Source: Spizellomyces punctatus DAOM BR117 (Eukaryota). From it: a DNA stretch of 64,000 nt. The translations under genes were made by a program, and so were the position numbers. The stretch lies in assembly GCA_000182565.2 (NCBI GenBank), contig KQ257458.1; one strand, 5' to 3'. The notes below the pieces were generated by a model. It ran no database searches. It saw only the letters and a program-made list of their open reading frames with translations, and was not told the DNA's origin. This document shows positions 1 to 13,475 of this stretch, one piece after another (the stretch's first letter is position 1; each line of letters opens with the position of its first letter).

Positions 1-546
1 CCCACGCGGAGTTCTTTTTGCGCGCTACGGACATGTGCCAATGAGAGGTTGGAAGTTGGAATGCGGCATGAAGGGGATTTTGGTGAAAGACGCAAATCAT
101 TCTGTAAATGATTCTTAAACTCCGCTATCGATAACTGCGCTCGTGGGTTGTATCAATCCCGGAAAAGATATAACCGGCCCAACACATTCCTGTAAACTTG
201 GGAACGTGACGGGAAGGTTCACGGCGAAAAAGTGGCTCCTGAATTTAAAAACCCGCCGCTGCGCGGCGGATGCACGAGCGGCTAGTTGGATCTTCAACGG
301 AAGTGATGAGATTTCCCGCCTGGATTGACCAACGCTAATCCGGACAGACTACTGCGCACCACCGCGCTTGAAATACACATTCAATACGGAATCAAAAAAA
401 TTCACTAGTCGACGAGGCTTCCGCCATACAGCCACTGAGGTGTTTTGCAGCATTTGTTGAGCTTGATTGTTAGAGGGCTCACAGACGACGGTTAAATTAG
501 AGCATACTCAATCGCCACGCAAGACCAGTTATATGTACACTTTATT

Positions 547-2934
547 CTACCGGACTTCAATACTCAAGATGTGTATATCTTCAAAGGGCTTATCCGTCTT
601 GTCTGTCCTGGCAGCTTCAATACGCTGGATGACATCCATTCCACCGGTAGCTCGTCCGAAAATAGTGTGCTTATTGTCCAACCATGGCTATATACAGGAT
701 CAAACCATGAGCATTATTCACCGCACCGCGGCATGAGAATCAGTATGAGACTGCGCACTCACCGTTGGCACTGTAGTAATGAAGAATTGACTGCCATTGG
801 TGTTGGGTCCAACATTCGCCATACTTAAGGTGTATGGCCGATCATGCTTGACCGCACGGTTGAACTCATCCTCGAAATCGTTACCCCATAAGCTTTCGCC
901 TCCGGTACCATCACCAAAAGGATCCCCAGTTTGAATCATAAATCCTTTGATCACTCGATGGAAGATCACATTATCATAATAGCCCTTCTTCGCCAGGCCC
1001 ACAAAGTTCTCGACCGCCTTGGGGGCATACTCGGGAAACAATCTAACGTGAATGTCGCCATAAGATGTATGAATTATGGCAGAGCTTCCAAGTGTGCGCG
1101 AAAGATTGGACTGTGCTGCCGCAACGGTCTGCTCTTCGCGAGAAGGCTTTTCGTTAAATATATCGCGTCCTGTGCTGCTGCCACCTGATTCCTCAGAATC
1201 GGCATCACGTTTCGAAAAACAGTAGAACCGGTTCCGCTTATATGCCGTGCAAAAAAGCGTCGGATCCAGAGCTTCGGTCTCTTTGTACACCGGATTGTCC
1301 GACGCCGCCATTGCAAGTGTAATCAGTCCCTTCTTTCGAGGAGCTCCTTGATATAATGCCACATTCAGGAATCTCTGTGTCTCGGCTTTGCCGATAAGCC
1401 GCACCACCTTGTTGGTTCGAATATTCACTACTTTAATCCCAAGAAGTGTGGGATATATCACGAAGTTGCCCGACTCGTCAAAAACTGCATTTGCTGTCGC
1501 ACTCTGTCCACCTTTCACCTTTTCTATCTCTCGTTCAATGGCCAAGCGTCGTCCGAACTCCATGTCGTCTAACGAGTATATGGCGGTTCCAGCCTGCTGC
1601 ATCTCGGACACTACAGTCAAGCTTTCATCATACTTGCGGATCAGCTTGCCACTACGGAAATTGAAAACTCTAATTTGTCGATCACTGAATCCAAATGTGA
1701 CAAATTTAGAAAAATCTGGCGAAAAGGTCAGGGAAGAGGGTGCTTTCTTCGCCTGAAAGGGTTTGTTTCAGTATATCGTATCTTCCCAGAATCAAACAAT
1801 AAGTGCCCACCTTTTTGAATTCATAAAGATCAGTGTCGCTTTTGAATTCCCAGTCAACCACAGGCGGGCTAGGTAAAGTATACCCGCTATCCACATCGGG
1901 ATGCCAATACTCGACCATTCCTCCGCTATCCACACTGACAATCACATCCGCTACCGGGTTATAACGCATGATATGAACTGGATCGACATGCAAATTGTTG
2001 ATTGTGAAGAGTGAATCGGGGCCACCTCTACCATCATATAGATGTATGGCTGACGACTCTCGATCGGAGCTATGGATGATTTGGGTTGCTAACATGAGCA
2101 TGGACGTCGTGAGGGATGTAAAAAGCAGATACAGTGGAAGAGTAGTAGTCACGTACCAGGCCAGTAGCGCTTGCGCCTGGCCCTTCCGATACGCCCAACA
2201 CACGGCATTCGGAAGGTAGCTCAACTTCATCATGTTGATCATATCTATATAATTTAGCTAATGAGAGACGGATACATGCTGGAAGAAGGCATCGCCTGTC
2301 CGCACCAAAATTTACGACGTCAAATATTTTCAAGGCCTTATCCGCTCCCGCAGTTGCGAGAAGAGTACCATCATCGCTCACATTAATAGCAACAACTGCA
2401 CCCAAATGTGATCGGAAATGCTTCACAAATTCAATCCCCTTTTCCGTTTTCTTCCAAAACTTCACGTGCCCGTCGACCGATGTTGTAATTAAAAAGTCCG
2501 TTCTGTCGAATGCAACTGTGGGTCAAAAGAGACAGGGTCGACAGCAATCCAATATGATTAATGTATACCTTGTTACGGCGACAAAGTTGACTACGTCCCT
2601 GTGCATAAGACTTCTCTCATACATATCAGCCGAGGGGAGATTGTCGAGGTACAATCGCTCGTGCATGAGAACTACGGTGGATTATTGACGAGCACCAGGC
2701 AAAAGCCGCTGCTAGCTCATTCTCACCTCTTGTCTTTTTTTTCTTCGTCGTGCTAATATCTGGAGCCTCGGGCATCGGCCCCACATCGTCGTCACTGTCA
2801 TCGTCTGCGGGTATCGCTTGAGGGGCAACACCTTCACTGCGCTCCTGAGAATCGATTCGCAATCTTTTAGGATCCCCATCTACATCTTCCTCCTCCTGGT
2901 CTCGTCGTCTTCTCAACCCTGCAACATCCGCCAT
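547..2934 (-). CDS. PPWD1: Peptidylprolyl isomerase domain and WD40 repeat protein (PPWD1/Cyp15), multi-exon
   Basis: N-terminal WD40 region ([38 protein letters not shown]) and C-terminal cyclophilin domain ([59 protein letters not shown]). ATG at 2934 (MADVAG), last exon ends ...ILSIEVR-stop at 547. Confidence 0.95.
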
Positions 2935-3233
2935 TTTTACGAATTCGGAATGTTGAATGTTGCAGAGATGGGCCGAAACGGTGAACAGCAGTTGTTCAAT
3001 TGCCGTTTCCATGACATTTAACTATGAGTCAATCTAGTCAGGTGATCCAAACGTTACACAAGATATGTACTTGGCTTAATTATTGTTAAACATCCAGCAT
3101 ACTGTACGTTCGGGGCTTGTTTATTTAAAAAAGAATGTAAAAGGATATATTCTCTTATGCTGACTTCGTCCTATTTGCCCTTCATTCCCGCTTCCTATCT
3201 TTTCACCATCATTCGGTTGATCAACGACTCATT

Positions 3234-6200
3234 CTAACGAGTTTTCTTATCCATTTCAGCAGCCTGTGCTATACCTCCCAAGTTAATAAAGCTTTGCATT
3301 TGCGGGCATTCCGACAGTATATCGCTCGGGACCCAGAATATGACGGCAACCATTTGTCGAATCTGTGCCTGCACCGCACGGATGATCATCCAGAAGAAGT
3401 ATGTATAGAACAGCACATAGTACACGATCGTCACAGAAAACAGGATGTTGACGACTTGCATGTAATGATTACTGACCGCTTTAGCGACTGTCAATAAGAG
3501 TTCATCGACAGCTTTAAGACCGTCGGCAATATCGACTTCAATGTTTTCCATAAGGAGAAGGTCGGGATTGTCACGGGAGTAATCTCCCGTAGCTACGAAG
3601 TGCCTTGCCTGGAACCCATTTAGCATACAACGTAAGTACCTGCCCTCGGCACCACAGCCCAAGTAGTCGGGTGACCTACCCGATCAAACAAGGTAGTAAG
3701 TATGTTATTGGCACCGGAATATATGAAATCCTGGGTGAAGCCAATGGTAGCATTGTAGGCTATGTCCTGACAGCCGGAATCCCTCAGGCACATTCCACCG
3801 ATCCTAAGTAGAGTTGATCAGGATGAGGCAAGGAAAGTAGCAAACGGCAGCAGACATATTCAGATACCTTGTTAGACCATCCACTTCAGGAATGGTGTTC
3901 AAGGATGGCGTCTTCCCTGCTCCGTTCAAGACATCATGGTGCAGGCGCTGGATATGAGGAAGGTTGAGCCTTGAGGTCACGCTCAATTGCCTATGCTGCT
4001 TTTATACCTCTAGCATGTCAATTCTGATCTCGGTCAGGAGCTGTACTTGGTACGGAGCCCAGGTGTGGCTATCTGCAGCAGCTAGTTCATGAGCCAAATA
4101 GTTGATGGTCTGAACGGAGAAGAAGGTCAGAGGAGAGAAATCTTCAAGTACTGTCCAGGAGAGCTATACCTGTGATTCGTATCTCCTGCTATTTGACGCT
4201 AAGATCATAAAGGCCGTCTGCGGGAACAAAGGCGGATTCAGCTTGCTTGCAATGCCCACAGCACCTGACATATGCCACACTCACGTTATCCGTATGTGAA
4301 CCTGAAAGCATCGGTGGAATGAATAGCGAGACCGCCAGACATGCCAATACAGACACTGCCGCAATATATGACCAGGTGTACTTCACAATCAACCACTTCG
4401 ATACGCTTGTCTCTATATCGCGTGTAATACCGACTTGCTTCCGATCCTGGGTGTCCTCCAACTCCAGAAGTTCTTCAATCTCCTCTTCAAGGTTATCAAC
4501 GATTTTGTGACGAGACGACTTTGGAATGTTTTTTAGCACATCAATGACGACCTTATGTTTCGCGGCAGCTTGTCGAAGAGTTACGTAGAAAATTCCTGCC
4601 GCAAGTAACAAGACCACAATTACGATAATAAGAAGGGCTACGACAATTTGGCTCCGGTTTGTGGATCCGTCCAGGTAATCGTTGAGAGCTTTTGTGGCAA
4701 ACCAATCAAAGGAGTCACACATCTTAAAAGAAACGATTGATTACGCGGTCGTATTTTAACCTATGAGCTCATTTTCGGGTCACCTTCAAAGTATTATCAA
4801 ACCACATCCGAATTTCAACATCTTGCTCCATTCTGGCATAGTCCAAAAAGTCCTCCCATTTATGCCTGAGGATCGCCTCTGCGCTAGATGTCGTCAATAA
4901 TATGAGCTCGTATGGGTTGAGGTGCATTACAGTTCCAGGTGAACCCCACTCGCTCTTCGAATATCTGACGATGACTGCATTTTCGACTTCAAACGCCGCA
5001 GTCTGGTAAAAGGTGGGAATAATCAGGGTGTGTGCCCGCTGCACTTCCGCAACCAACTTGTGAGTCGACTCGTTCCATTTGGCATGATCGCCTAATTTTC
5101 CCGCAACCCACAACCCACGAATCTACATGATTTATTTAGGACACGCATAGCCCCCGTTCAAAAGTACAACCTAGAACTCTTACCGCAAGGGCTGCTGTAG
5201 TGCAAGAGCGTCGAGCTTTGGTGTTCTCCTGCAGTAAGCTTAGATTAACTCACAGGAATCAATACATAATCAGTATAGGGGAAGTCACAATACCCGAAGT
5301 GTTGACAGAAACGTGGTGGGGGCATTAAACATGCCGCTCGATTCATGGTAATTGCCAATCAACAATCCCAGTAACAGCAAAAACCAAACCCTACCGTACA
5401 AGGTACATTTACGGACCGCTACAATACAGCAAATTCGGTTAAAGAAACACTTAGTGGAAAACTGATTGGTATTCCCGTACAAGATATCATGTTCTCCCTC
5501 ATACGAGTCCTTATCGCCTTTTGTCTACGGCTGTCCCTGTTGGAGTTGTTGGACGACGTCTGGGATTTGGCTCGATGAAGGCTCACTTTAAGAACAGGAG
5601 GATTCTCGTTCGCAATCTTACTCCCGACAGACATGGTTGACTGGACGGGCAATTCGGGCGATGGTGGGCGATTAATGTCAGAGCTAGTCTCTGCAAACTC
5701 CACAAAAACTCCTTGCGGGGGTCTTTCCAACTCCTTATCGTCTGATTTGAAAACGTCACTTCCACTTGGTACGTCTTCAATTGTTGGCAAGGTCCGTTTT
5801 CTCACGGTTTCCACCATTTTCGTCCCAGGTACCTGCATGCTTAGGCCATCCTCAGCATTGGAGCTCTCTCGTTGACTCTGCTGGTCGCCTGGTCCCTGAC
5901 GCTTGCCATCCTCAATGGGTAATGGACCCGAACTCGCTGCAGAAAGCTCTCCCTGCATTATGGAGTTGCTCTTAAACCGACTCAAGTTTTGAACAGACTG
6001 TCGTCCAGAGCCGACCGTTCTAACACGCATGGCTCTCTCGTGCGCTTCCTGCTGTTCACGATACTCAATATCTTCCGCTTGCGTTAGCAGTTGCACACCG
6101 AGCTCCTGGCTAGTTAAGTGGAAAATGCAATTAGCCAGTCCATTTCATACGGCGACAAGGCATTGCCTCCTGAGAGCAATTCTTACTTATTCTTCACAGT

Positions 6201-8843
6201 CAAGAGATATTTTGCATACTCAAAACCAGAAGAGTTTAAGTATGTTGGATGCGCTTGACATATTAGAGGAAACTACTCACGAGCCGCAATATTTGTTTTG
6301 AGTTCGGAAACCGCTCCAATAATTTTTCGTAGTAAATTGTTGCAGACGATTGAGTGTTATACATGACATCGAGATAGGCTGGGAAGGTCTTTACATTCAG
6401 CTGCGAGCAGAGTAACATTAGCAAATTTGGATAAAATGCGACGTCTTGCTTGTTACGCTTACCTGCTCTCTAGCCAATGAAGACCAGAATAATTTCATCG
6501 CGGTCAGTGAACGCAGGTGCGACTCAATAGCCTGTCGTTCCATGGACTGATATTCAACTGGATTATAATATGCCTTCAGCTTCCGGCTATCACGCAAATT
6601 TAGATCTCAAAAAGAACTGTACCGTAACTCGCTACATTGAATGAGCTAGTCGCAAGGTCCTCCGCACGAGACTCTGGAAATGTCTTAGCAACCACGAACA
6701 GGCGTCATTATGCAGATCCTAGTATATATACCTTGCTCGTGTTCTCTCTCCTCCATATATATCCTGAACCGGACATCAAAAGAAGGGGAATTAGCCTTCG
6801 CCGCTGTATGGACATTTAGAAGGATTGTTCAATCTTTCCGGCATGTGCACAGACAAGTAACCTCAAAGTCACCTTCGACATAGTACTGGGCAGTGTTTGG
6901 ATCATCACCAAAGGTCCAGAGATAATATGCGTAATTGAGTGCTAAACCTGGATGCTTTGGGTATTGCTGAAGCAGGGCATAGACGGCAATATTATAAGTG
7001 CGTCGCATAATATGAAGTAAGGGCAGTCTGAAAATACCTCAATCGCTTCCATGAACACTATTGTCATTATCTCCAGAGATGCCGCGTCACGGACGCTTTC
7101 CCGGAGGAACCTGCAGCCAATGTCAGCCTCTAACCAAGATTTGAACACAACAGGCGGTCGAAGGCTCTTGCGGGCTGTTACGCTCTTGTAATCCTGGATG
7201 GCGGCCAACGCTTTCGGAGTTTTAGGACTGCTGTCTACACTTTCTCTCGCCTCATGACAAGTCTTTCCCTTGTTCTCTGTTTCAACTGCGGTGGCCACGA
7301 TCGACATACTCATGCCAGGCGTGAACATAGATTTCTTCCTCTTTAAGTTTGATGGTGCTAACGTCGCAGCAGGTGACAGACATCCTCGTTCGGTGTCGGC
7401 ACTCTCTATTTCCAATTTTAATTTGATGTTGTACATTATCCGGCGGACGATAAGCTCGCGCACGGCTTTGGTTAGCCAAAATCCAATTACAAGGCCGGTA
7501 GGTATGGAAAGAATGAGAAAGATGATCGGTAGCGGAGAAGAGCTACCCTCAGGCGTTGTGGTTTTATAGGTGACCATGCTGACAATCGCGGACAGAAGAG
7601 TTGCAGTGAATATCCCAACTCGAACGCTGTTCATGTAGCCATTGAAATACGGCTGGTATCGGGTGTATGTGTAAATCAGGATCGGGTGAATGACGAACAG
7701 AGAAATAAGTTGATTATCGATACATGAGCTGCGTTGCACAATGACGAGAACGAGCTAGACAGTGGCCAACAGGTTAGAGCAAAAGCGCTTCTTCACCCGC
7801 TCGCAAGGCTGATTACCTTGCAGATGAGGTAAACAAGATCGCACATGCCATGCGCCTTGGCTCCAGGGTTCCTTTAAAGCTCCAATAGTTGGCCAGTACG
7901 AAGATCATTTGAATTCACCGCTACAAGCTCACCTGCTACCTGGCTCACACTCCACGAACACGTAGTTGATCAAAGCACCGAAAGGCACGATCAGAATTAT
8001 TCCAAGACAAGCCGAGACAAACATGGGCAAATGCTCCGCAGAAAAGCAAGCGACCTCGGTCATGTCGCCTACGATGAGATTGCCTGTCGCAGGATCACTC
8101 CGGCAGTAAACAGTTACGACGAAGATTTCTACGATGGGCTGGAAAAGGACTGTTGAGATCAATGTTGACGAATAGCGGAGAAGAACGAGCGGCCAGATCC
8201 ACTGTGATGGTTGCATGATGGTGAACGTCCTAGTATTACGGTTCCCAACGCAAAACAGCCATGAAATACCTTGAATGACCCTCTATGGACAATCATTGCA
8301 CAGCGTTATTGAAGGCAACATTTTGCAGGTTGGTCCAAATATACCAGAGTTACCTACTTTTTGAACTGTGCGGCAACAACACCAACCATGAGAAACGTCA
8401 TCATCACTCCAGCAAATAAAATCCAAAGGACCACTCTCAGATATAGATAGTTGTGGGTAGCCCATCGGAAGGGGTCGAAGACGTAATCCAGCCATCTTGG
8501 AGCGTACTTGATGAGCGTTCTTGAATCCCATGGGACAACTAAGAATTGCATGTCCTGCGAGGCAAAGCATTAGAAAGGAGTGGGTCCCATACAGTACGAA
8601 TTAACGCATTCTTACTTCTACAAGCTGATGAATAACTCCGATGGCCGGTGAGAACTCAGCACCTTTGGTCATGGCGTAGAGAAGCTGGAAAATGGCCTAT
8701 GGAAGTGGGAAGATCTCAGTCTCGCAGGTGTTCCCATTCCGGAAAATCTTTGGCGGTTCTTTTAGCAAGTTGGCTTGAAGCTATACCTTCTCAAGAGTTG
8801 ACTGCCTGTTCGGGTCCATTTTTCCTGCCCCTGCGCCTTGCAT
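3234..8843 (-). CDS. Large polytopic membrane protein, TmcB/TmcC (tiny macrocysts)-like, no PAS domain visible, multi-exon
   Basis: Collinear minus-strand ORFs joined by GT-AG introns: N-terminal TM bundle (LISTVLFQPIVEIFV, C...C FSAEHLP, YQPYFNGYMNSVRVGIF), helical TPR-like segment (~6300-7100), Ser-rich linker (KSQTSSNNS), two TM-ectodomain-TM modules, and a C-terminus IRQMVAVIFWVP. The start (MQGAGAGKMDPNRQSTLEK|AIFQLLYAM) is inferred. Confidence 0.7.
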
Positions 8844-9762
8844 TTCTGGATTCTCTGACTAGTAAGGCTGTCCGATGAACTCGTGCGTTTGTCCTTTAAG
8901 AAGAGATACCCGCAGATCCGACGAAAGGAAAATGTCACCACAAGGAACAGGATACACAGCTTTTGGTAAATACCGGAGGATCTCCGCTGCTGCGTTGATT
9001 GCAAAAGACATCATATATATTTTTACGCTGGGCTCGTTGGTAAAAATATGTATCCCAAGTGTCTTGCTGAATGTAGAGCCATTCTACCGCGGAATCACCG
9101 CGAACAATATAAAATTACATGGCTGTTGATCCTCTTCTTGGGGGCATTTTTAAACCCCCATGGTGGGAGCACAAACCTGTTCCAAACCAAAGCAGGGTTG
9201 GTATTGTTACGAAAACGTGTTGAGGCATTGTGTCTGTTCTCCACCAGCAGTTAGCACGCTACATGCATCTATTCTCCTTCAAAGTCAAGCGTATAAGACA
9301 TAGTGTACATGCCTTCCAAAAGAACGATCAATTCTTCTTCAATGCCCCCAGTCGCTTGACTGACTCTCCTTTTGCTGGTTGCCCAATGATGGGTTTGGGA
9401 AACTTTATCATCATGCTAACTGACAGAGCAACAGACACCTATTGGCCCGGCCACCATTGCCCACAATAGGTATTTTGTGTGTAAATGATGGCTATAGGCT
9501 GAGTTCAAATGTAGAAAATATGTACCGACATTAATTTATAGCAAACGTTTCGGCTTCAGGGTCGTATCCCCTTCAGGGTGATTGGGCGCGACAACAAATC
9601 CTTGCGTAATATAAATAACTACCACATGTCACGGTAAGCCTGACACGGCATTCTTCTATGTCGTTGTATGAAATAGTCAGTTCCCATAAGCGGTTGAAAT
9701 GTCCTGTCTATGCAACAGGGAACGTTACTGCAACAACAACGTTTTGCGCCGCAAGGTAAGAT

Positions 9763-11171
9763 CTATGGTAACTCATTCCTCTTTTTTTTATCAATATAGG
9801 TCTGATAAGGCGGACGGATAGGTGCTTGAACTGGCTCCAACGTGCTGTACTCTGCACCATCTCCCTTCTGAAGGATATCCAGTTCCAATTAGCGACAGCC
9901 GCTTCACAGGTTCTTATGGCTTCCTTTAACGTACCGGTAAGGGATAAGTCTGATCAGAATCAAACCCACTCAAATCTCCACATGCCACAAAAGGTACAAT
10001 AACGCGGTTAACACCTGTGAGCTCGTTCTTCTCATCGTATGTCAGATCCAGCAAGGGATTTAGCATCGTCGGAATATATCCCTCGGGTGGAGTATAATCT
10101 TGGCATACGATAAATGCCTCTGTGGTACATGGAAACCAGTTGGCATGCGGTGATGAGCGCGTATGTGGGTCACAACAGAAGGTGGTAAAGGTTACCTATA
10201 CTAGAATTTCGCGAACTTCGTGGCTTCGAGCACGTCACCACCGGAAAGAAAACTTTCATTTGAGCATAGAGGAGGGATATGTCTTTGCCTCTGAAAATCT
10301 TCGCTACAAAAGTTCCACCTGGTCGTAGAACATGTGTTGTGATGTTGAGTGCCTGGCATTTAAAATGGCTCAGCTACATATCCAAAAACTACTCTGAGTT
10401 CTTTAGTTACCGCTAGTAAGAGCTGGGCTTGAATGTACTCATCCATGTCGTGCAGACCGGTCACTAAAAAAGGATGTAAGATACAGTTTCTCGACAGGAT
10501 TTTGTAGCAGAGAGCCAGATAGTCGGTACACACCATCCGGCGCACCGTCGCAAACTACTAAATCCGCAAGCTGTCCCTCAAAGTAGGATACGATCTGCTC
10601 TGCAGTCGATCGCTTAGTGATATCTCCTTGTAGCTGAATCACTCCTGGAAGAGGCGCCTGATGCCCGTCAATTTGTAGGCTTGTACAATCAGCGCAGGAC
10701 AGAGTCAAACCCTACCATGGCCTGCAAATCCACTGCCACAATTTTTGGTCGAGTGGCTGGATCATCAGACTTGAGATTCTACAAAGATCCGCTTGATCTC
10801 AATTAAACCATGCAGAACTACATGGAACAGAAAAGAGACTGCAACTCAAATTTGGGCTAACCTTACTCAGGACTTGACTCCAGCTGCCGGGAGCAGCGCA
10901 GAGATCAACACATCGATTTACTCCCTGAAAAATATTAAACTCCTCATCTAAAATATAACCAACCTCCTCAGTTCGTCACATACCGTGATAAAAAGTGTGG
11001 CATGCTAAAGACATACCAATTTGCAGCAGCTTGAACGCACTTCGTGCCCGCCAGCCTTGTTCTTTAGCCAATCGGTAATAGATATCTCGCTAGACGGTTC
11101 GGTTAACAAGACAAATATCAGACATGCTCCGGGTTGTTCGGTCTAACCTTATCTTTCGAAGACTTGCCCAT
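9763..11171 (-). CDS. TRM7: tRNA (cytidine32/guanosine34-2'-O)-methyltransferase Trm7/FTSJ1, multi-exon
   Basis: Spliced protein [100 protein letters not shown]. Ends ...KKKRNELP-stop. Confidence 0.95.
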
Positions 11172-11425
11172 CCTTTTTGGCAATTTGATTTCCAGCGGAA
11201 TTTCAAGTCAACCTTCAACAGCAGTGCTGGTTATTCTCGACTGTGCCACGCGTTGCCTCGCAACAAACACAGTTGCAAAGCCCTGAAGCGCTATCCCCGC
11301 TCCTTTTAGCTCATTGTGAAAAGCCCCATTGGAGCGACATCCAGGTGCCAACCACAGCTCCATCTTAACGTGGAGGGCTCTCACCTAACCACAGGAGAAG
11401 GTCGGCTGCTTGCGGACTCATTGCA

Positions 11426-13267
11426 ATGATGTGGCATGGTTTACTCCTCGCTGCAAGCGTGCTCTTTACGCCTGTTTGGGGTCAAACGTGTGTAGGAGGT
11501 CCAATTGTCGGCGCCTTTGATCCCAATGTGGATTACTTTGCAGATGCAGCGGATAGGATCACCCTAAGTACGTCTTGCGTTTAGTGCACTGAATTAGGCC
11601 GTGAAAACTCATTCGCAAGACCATTGCTACATTCACGATTTGCAGCGTACGCGAAGAACTTTGAGGTTGTCTACAAGAAGTTTTACAAAGAAGTGACCGT
11701 GCGAGCGCCGTCATCACAAGCGGTCACATACACGCTGTATCTCTGCAACTCCCCTGCTCCTTCAACACCGGGTACCACCGCGATCGCTGTCCCAGTGTCG
11801 AGCGTAGCACTTGGCGCCTCAGATATCTATTCTGTTGCATTTATTGAGGTAATTTCGTCATACTATATGAATGAGCTCGTAGTGATATTCTTTCGTATGT
11901 TTGCAGCGCTTGGGTTTACGGCCTACCATAAATTACGTAGGGATAAGCCCTGAAACCGTAACATCGCCTTGTTTGCTGAAGCAACTGGGAACGAATGTGA
12001 CAAGGTCTTTCACTAGGACTGATAGTCTCCCCACAACGGTGAACGTCGGGTTTGGTACATCTCCTGCAAATAGCAATATCCCATTTATAAGTGTTGTGAA
12101 TGCTATGCGTGCCGAGACATCTCCACTAGCCCGGGCCGAGTGGGTAAAGTTCTTTTCGCTATTTTACAACAACGAACACAATGCCACCGCAACCTTTGCA
12201 AATGCGATCGAAAGACCATACACATGCCTCAATAACACTGCGCCCTGGTTTCCAATTAATGTAGCATGGATTGGAGCCAAGACTTTGGGAGCGCCAACGA
12301 CAACCACGTTTGAATCTCTCGATGTGGAGTACAATACAGCCTTTATCAGGGATGCAGGTGGACGACCCTTGATTCTTCCCCCGAACAGCAAACAATCCGA
12401 CGCAGTTTCGCTGTTATGGAAAACAGACTTGTTGATTGATGGAACAGAGACACCGGGATCGACAGTTACTTATCGGTACACGGACCTTGCAGTGAACTTT
12501 GGGGTACAAGACATTGTGTCGGACTTCCCGTTTGGAAAAGGTGCCACGCGCGGTAGGGCATACCGACCAGATCAGTTAAGGAATCCTAGCGGTTATGACA
12601 GTAAGTTTGGGATCTAATTTGCTGCATAGCGATCTCTGTCACTAAATCTTCTTTGTGCGATTGAAGTGTTTCCGCAGAACCACTGGGCAAAGCCTGAGTT
12701 GGTTCTTAAAGGTGGGTGGCGACAATTCATATCTGGAAATCGTCCGCCACTAAAGCTTCGGTAATTGCAGATCTGCTCGATGTTTTTGGGGATACTCCTG
12801 CGTCCGGCAAGGTGTATAAATATTTCCGAAGTCTCAATGAAGGTATGCAGCGTATGTCTATATTATTTTGAAAAGTGTAAGCTAAACTGAAACTTTTAAC
12901 AGGCGATCCGGAAATACGGGTTGGTCCTGCCTCCTGTGTCGATCCGGGTAAGCCCACGCCACCCCTCGAACTCCCATCCGCCATCAACTGCAATGCGGTA
13001 CGACCTCCGCAAGATAACACTGTGCCAGAGGCGGGAAAAGGTCTTGGAATAGGTAATGGAAAGGGTAGTTCAAAAGTAGTGATTACGACTGTGTTTGTTA
13101 TTTTAGGATTGGGAGGTGCGGTTTTGGCGGGCGTGTTCCGGCATGAGTTGCGGGAAATGTGGTGGAGGGTGAGGGATGGGACTTGGCGAAGACATCGGAA
13201 TGGTGGTGGACCTTTTGATGACGTTTGGAGACATAAGGCACGACAGGGAGCTATCGAGTTGCGATAG
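11426..13267 (+). CDS. Type I membrane protein of the CBA1-like / periplasmic-binding (B12/Fe-siderophore type) family, multi-exon
   Basis: Signal peptide MMWHGLLLAASVLFTPVWG, then DPNVDYF, NFEVVYKKFYKEV, YTLYLC, FIE|RLGLR, TSPC, ETSPLARAEWVKFFSLFYNNE, YTC, VAW, DAGG, DLLIDGT, KPELVLK|DL, and a single C-terminal TM (VVITTVFVILGLGGAVLAGVF) with a basic tail. Confidence 0.72.
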
Positions 13268-13475
13268 CAATTTGTCGTCTGTATATTGCGTGCCTCATGT
13301 TATTTTTTGCTGTCACCAGGACCTTCACTTGGTTTTGAATACACTTGCATATTTGTGTCTAACGATGGCAGGACAGCATGCTGTCGAGGATGTATTTTGA
13401 GACTATTGATGGGTTGCGGAACTGAACATAGTAGGACACCCTCAACCACGCAAACGATTCTATATACCCCCTATT

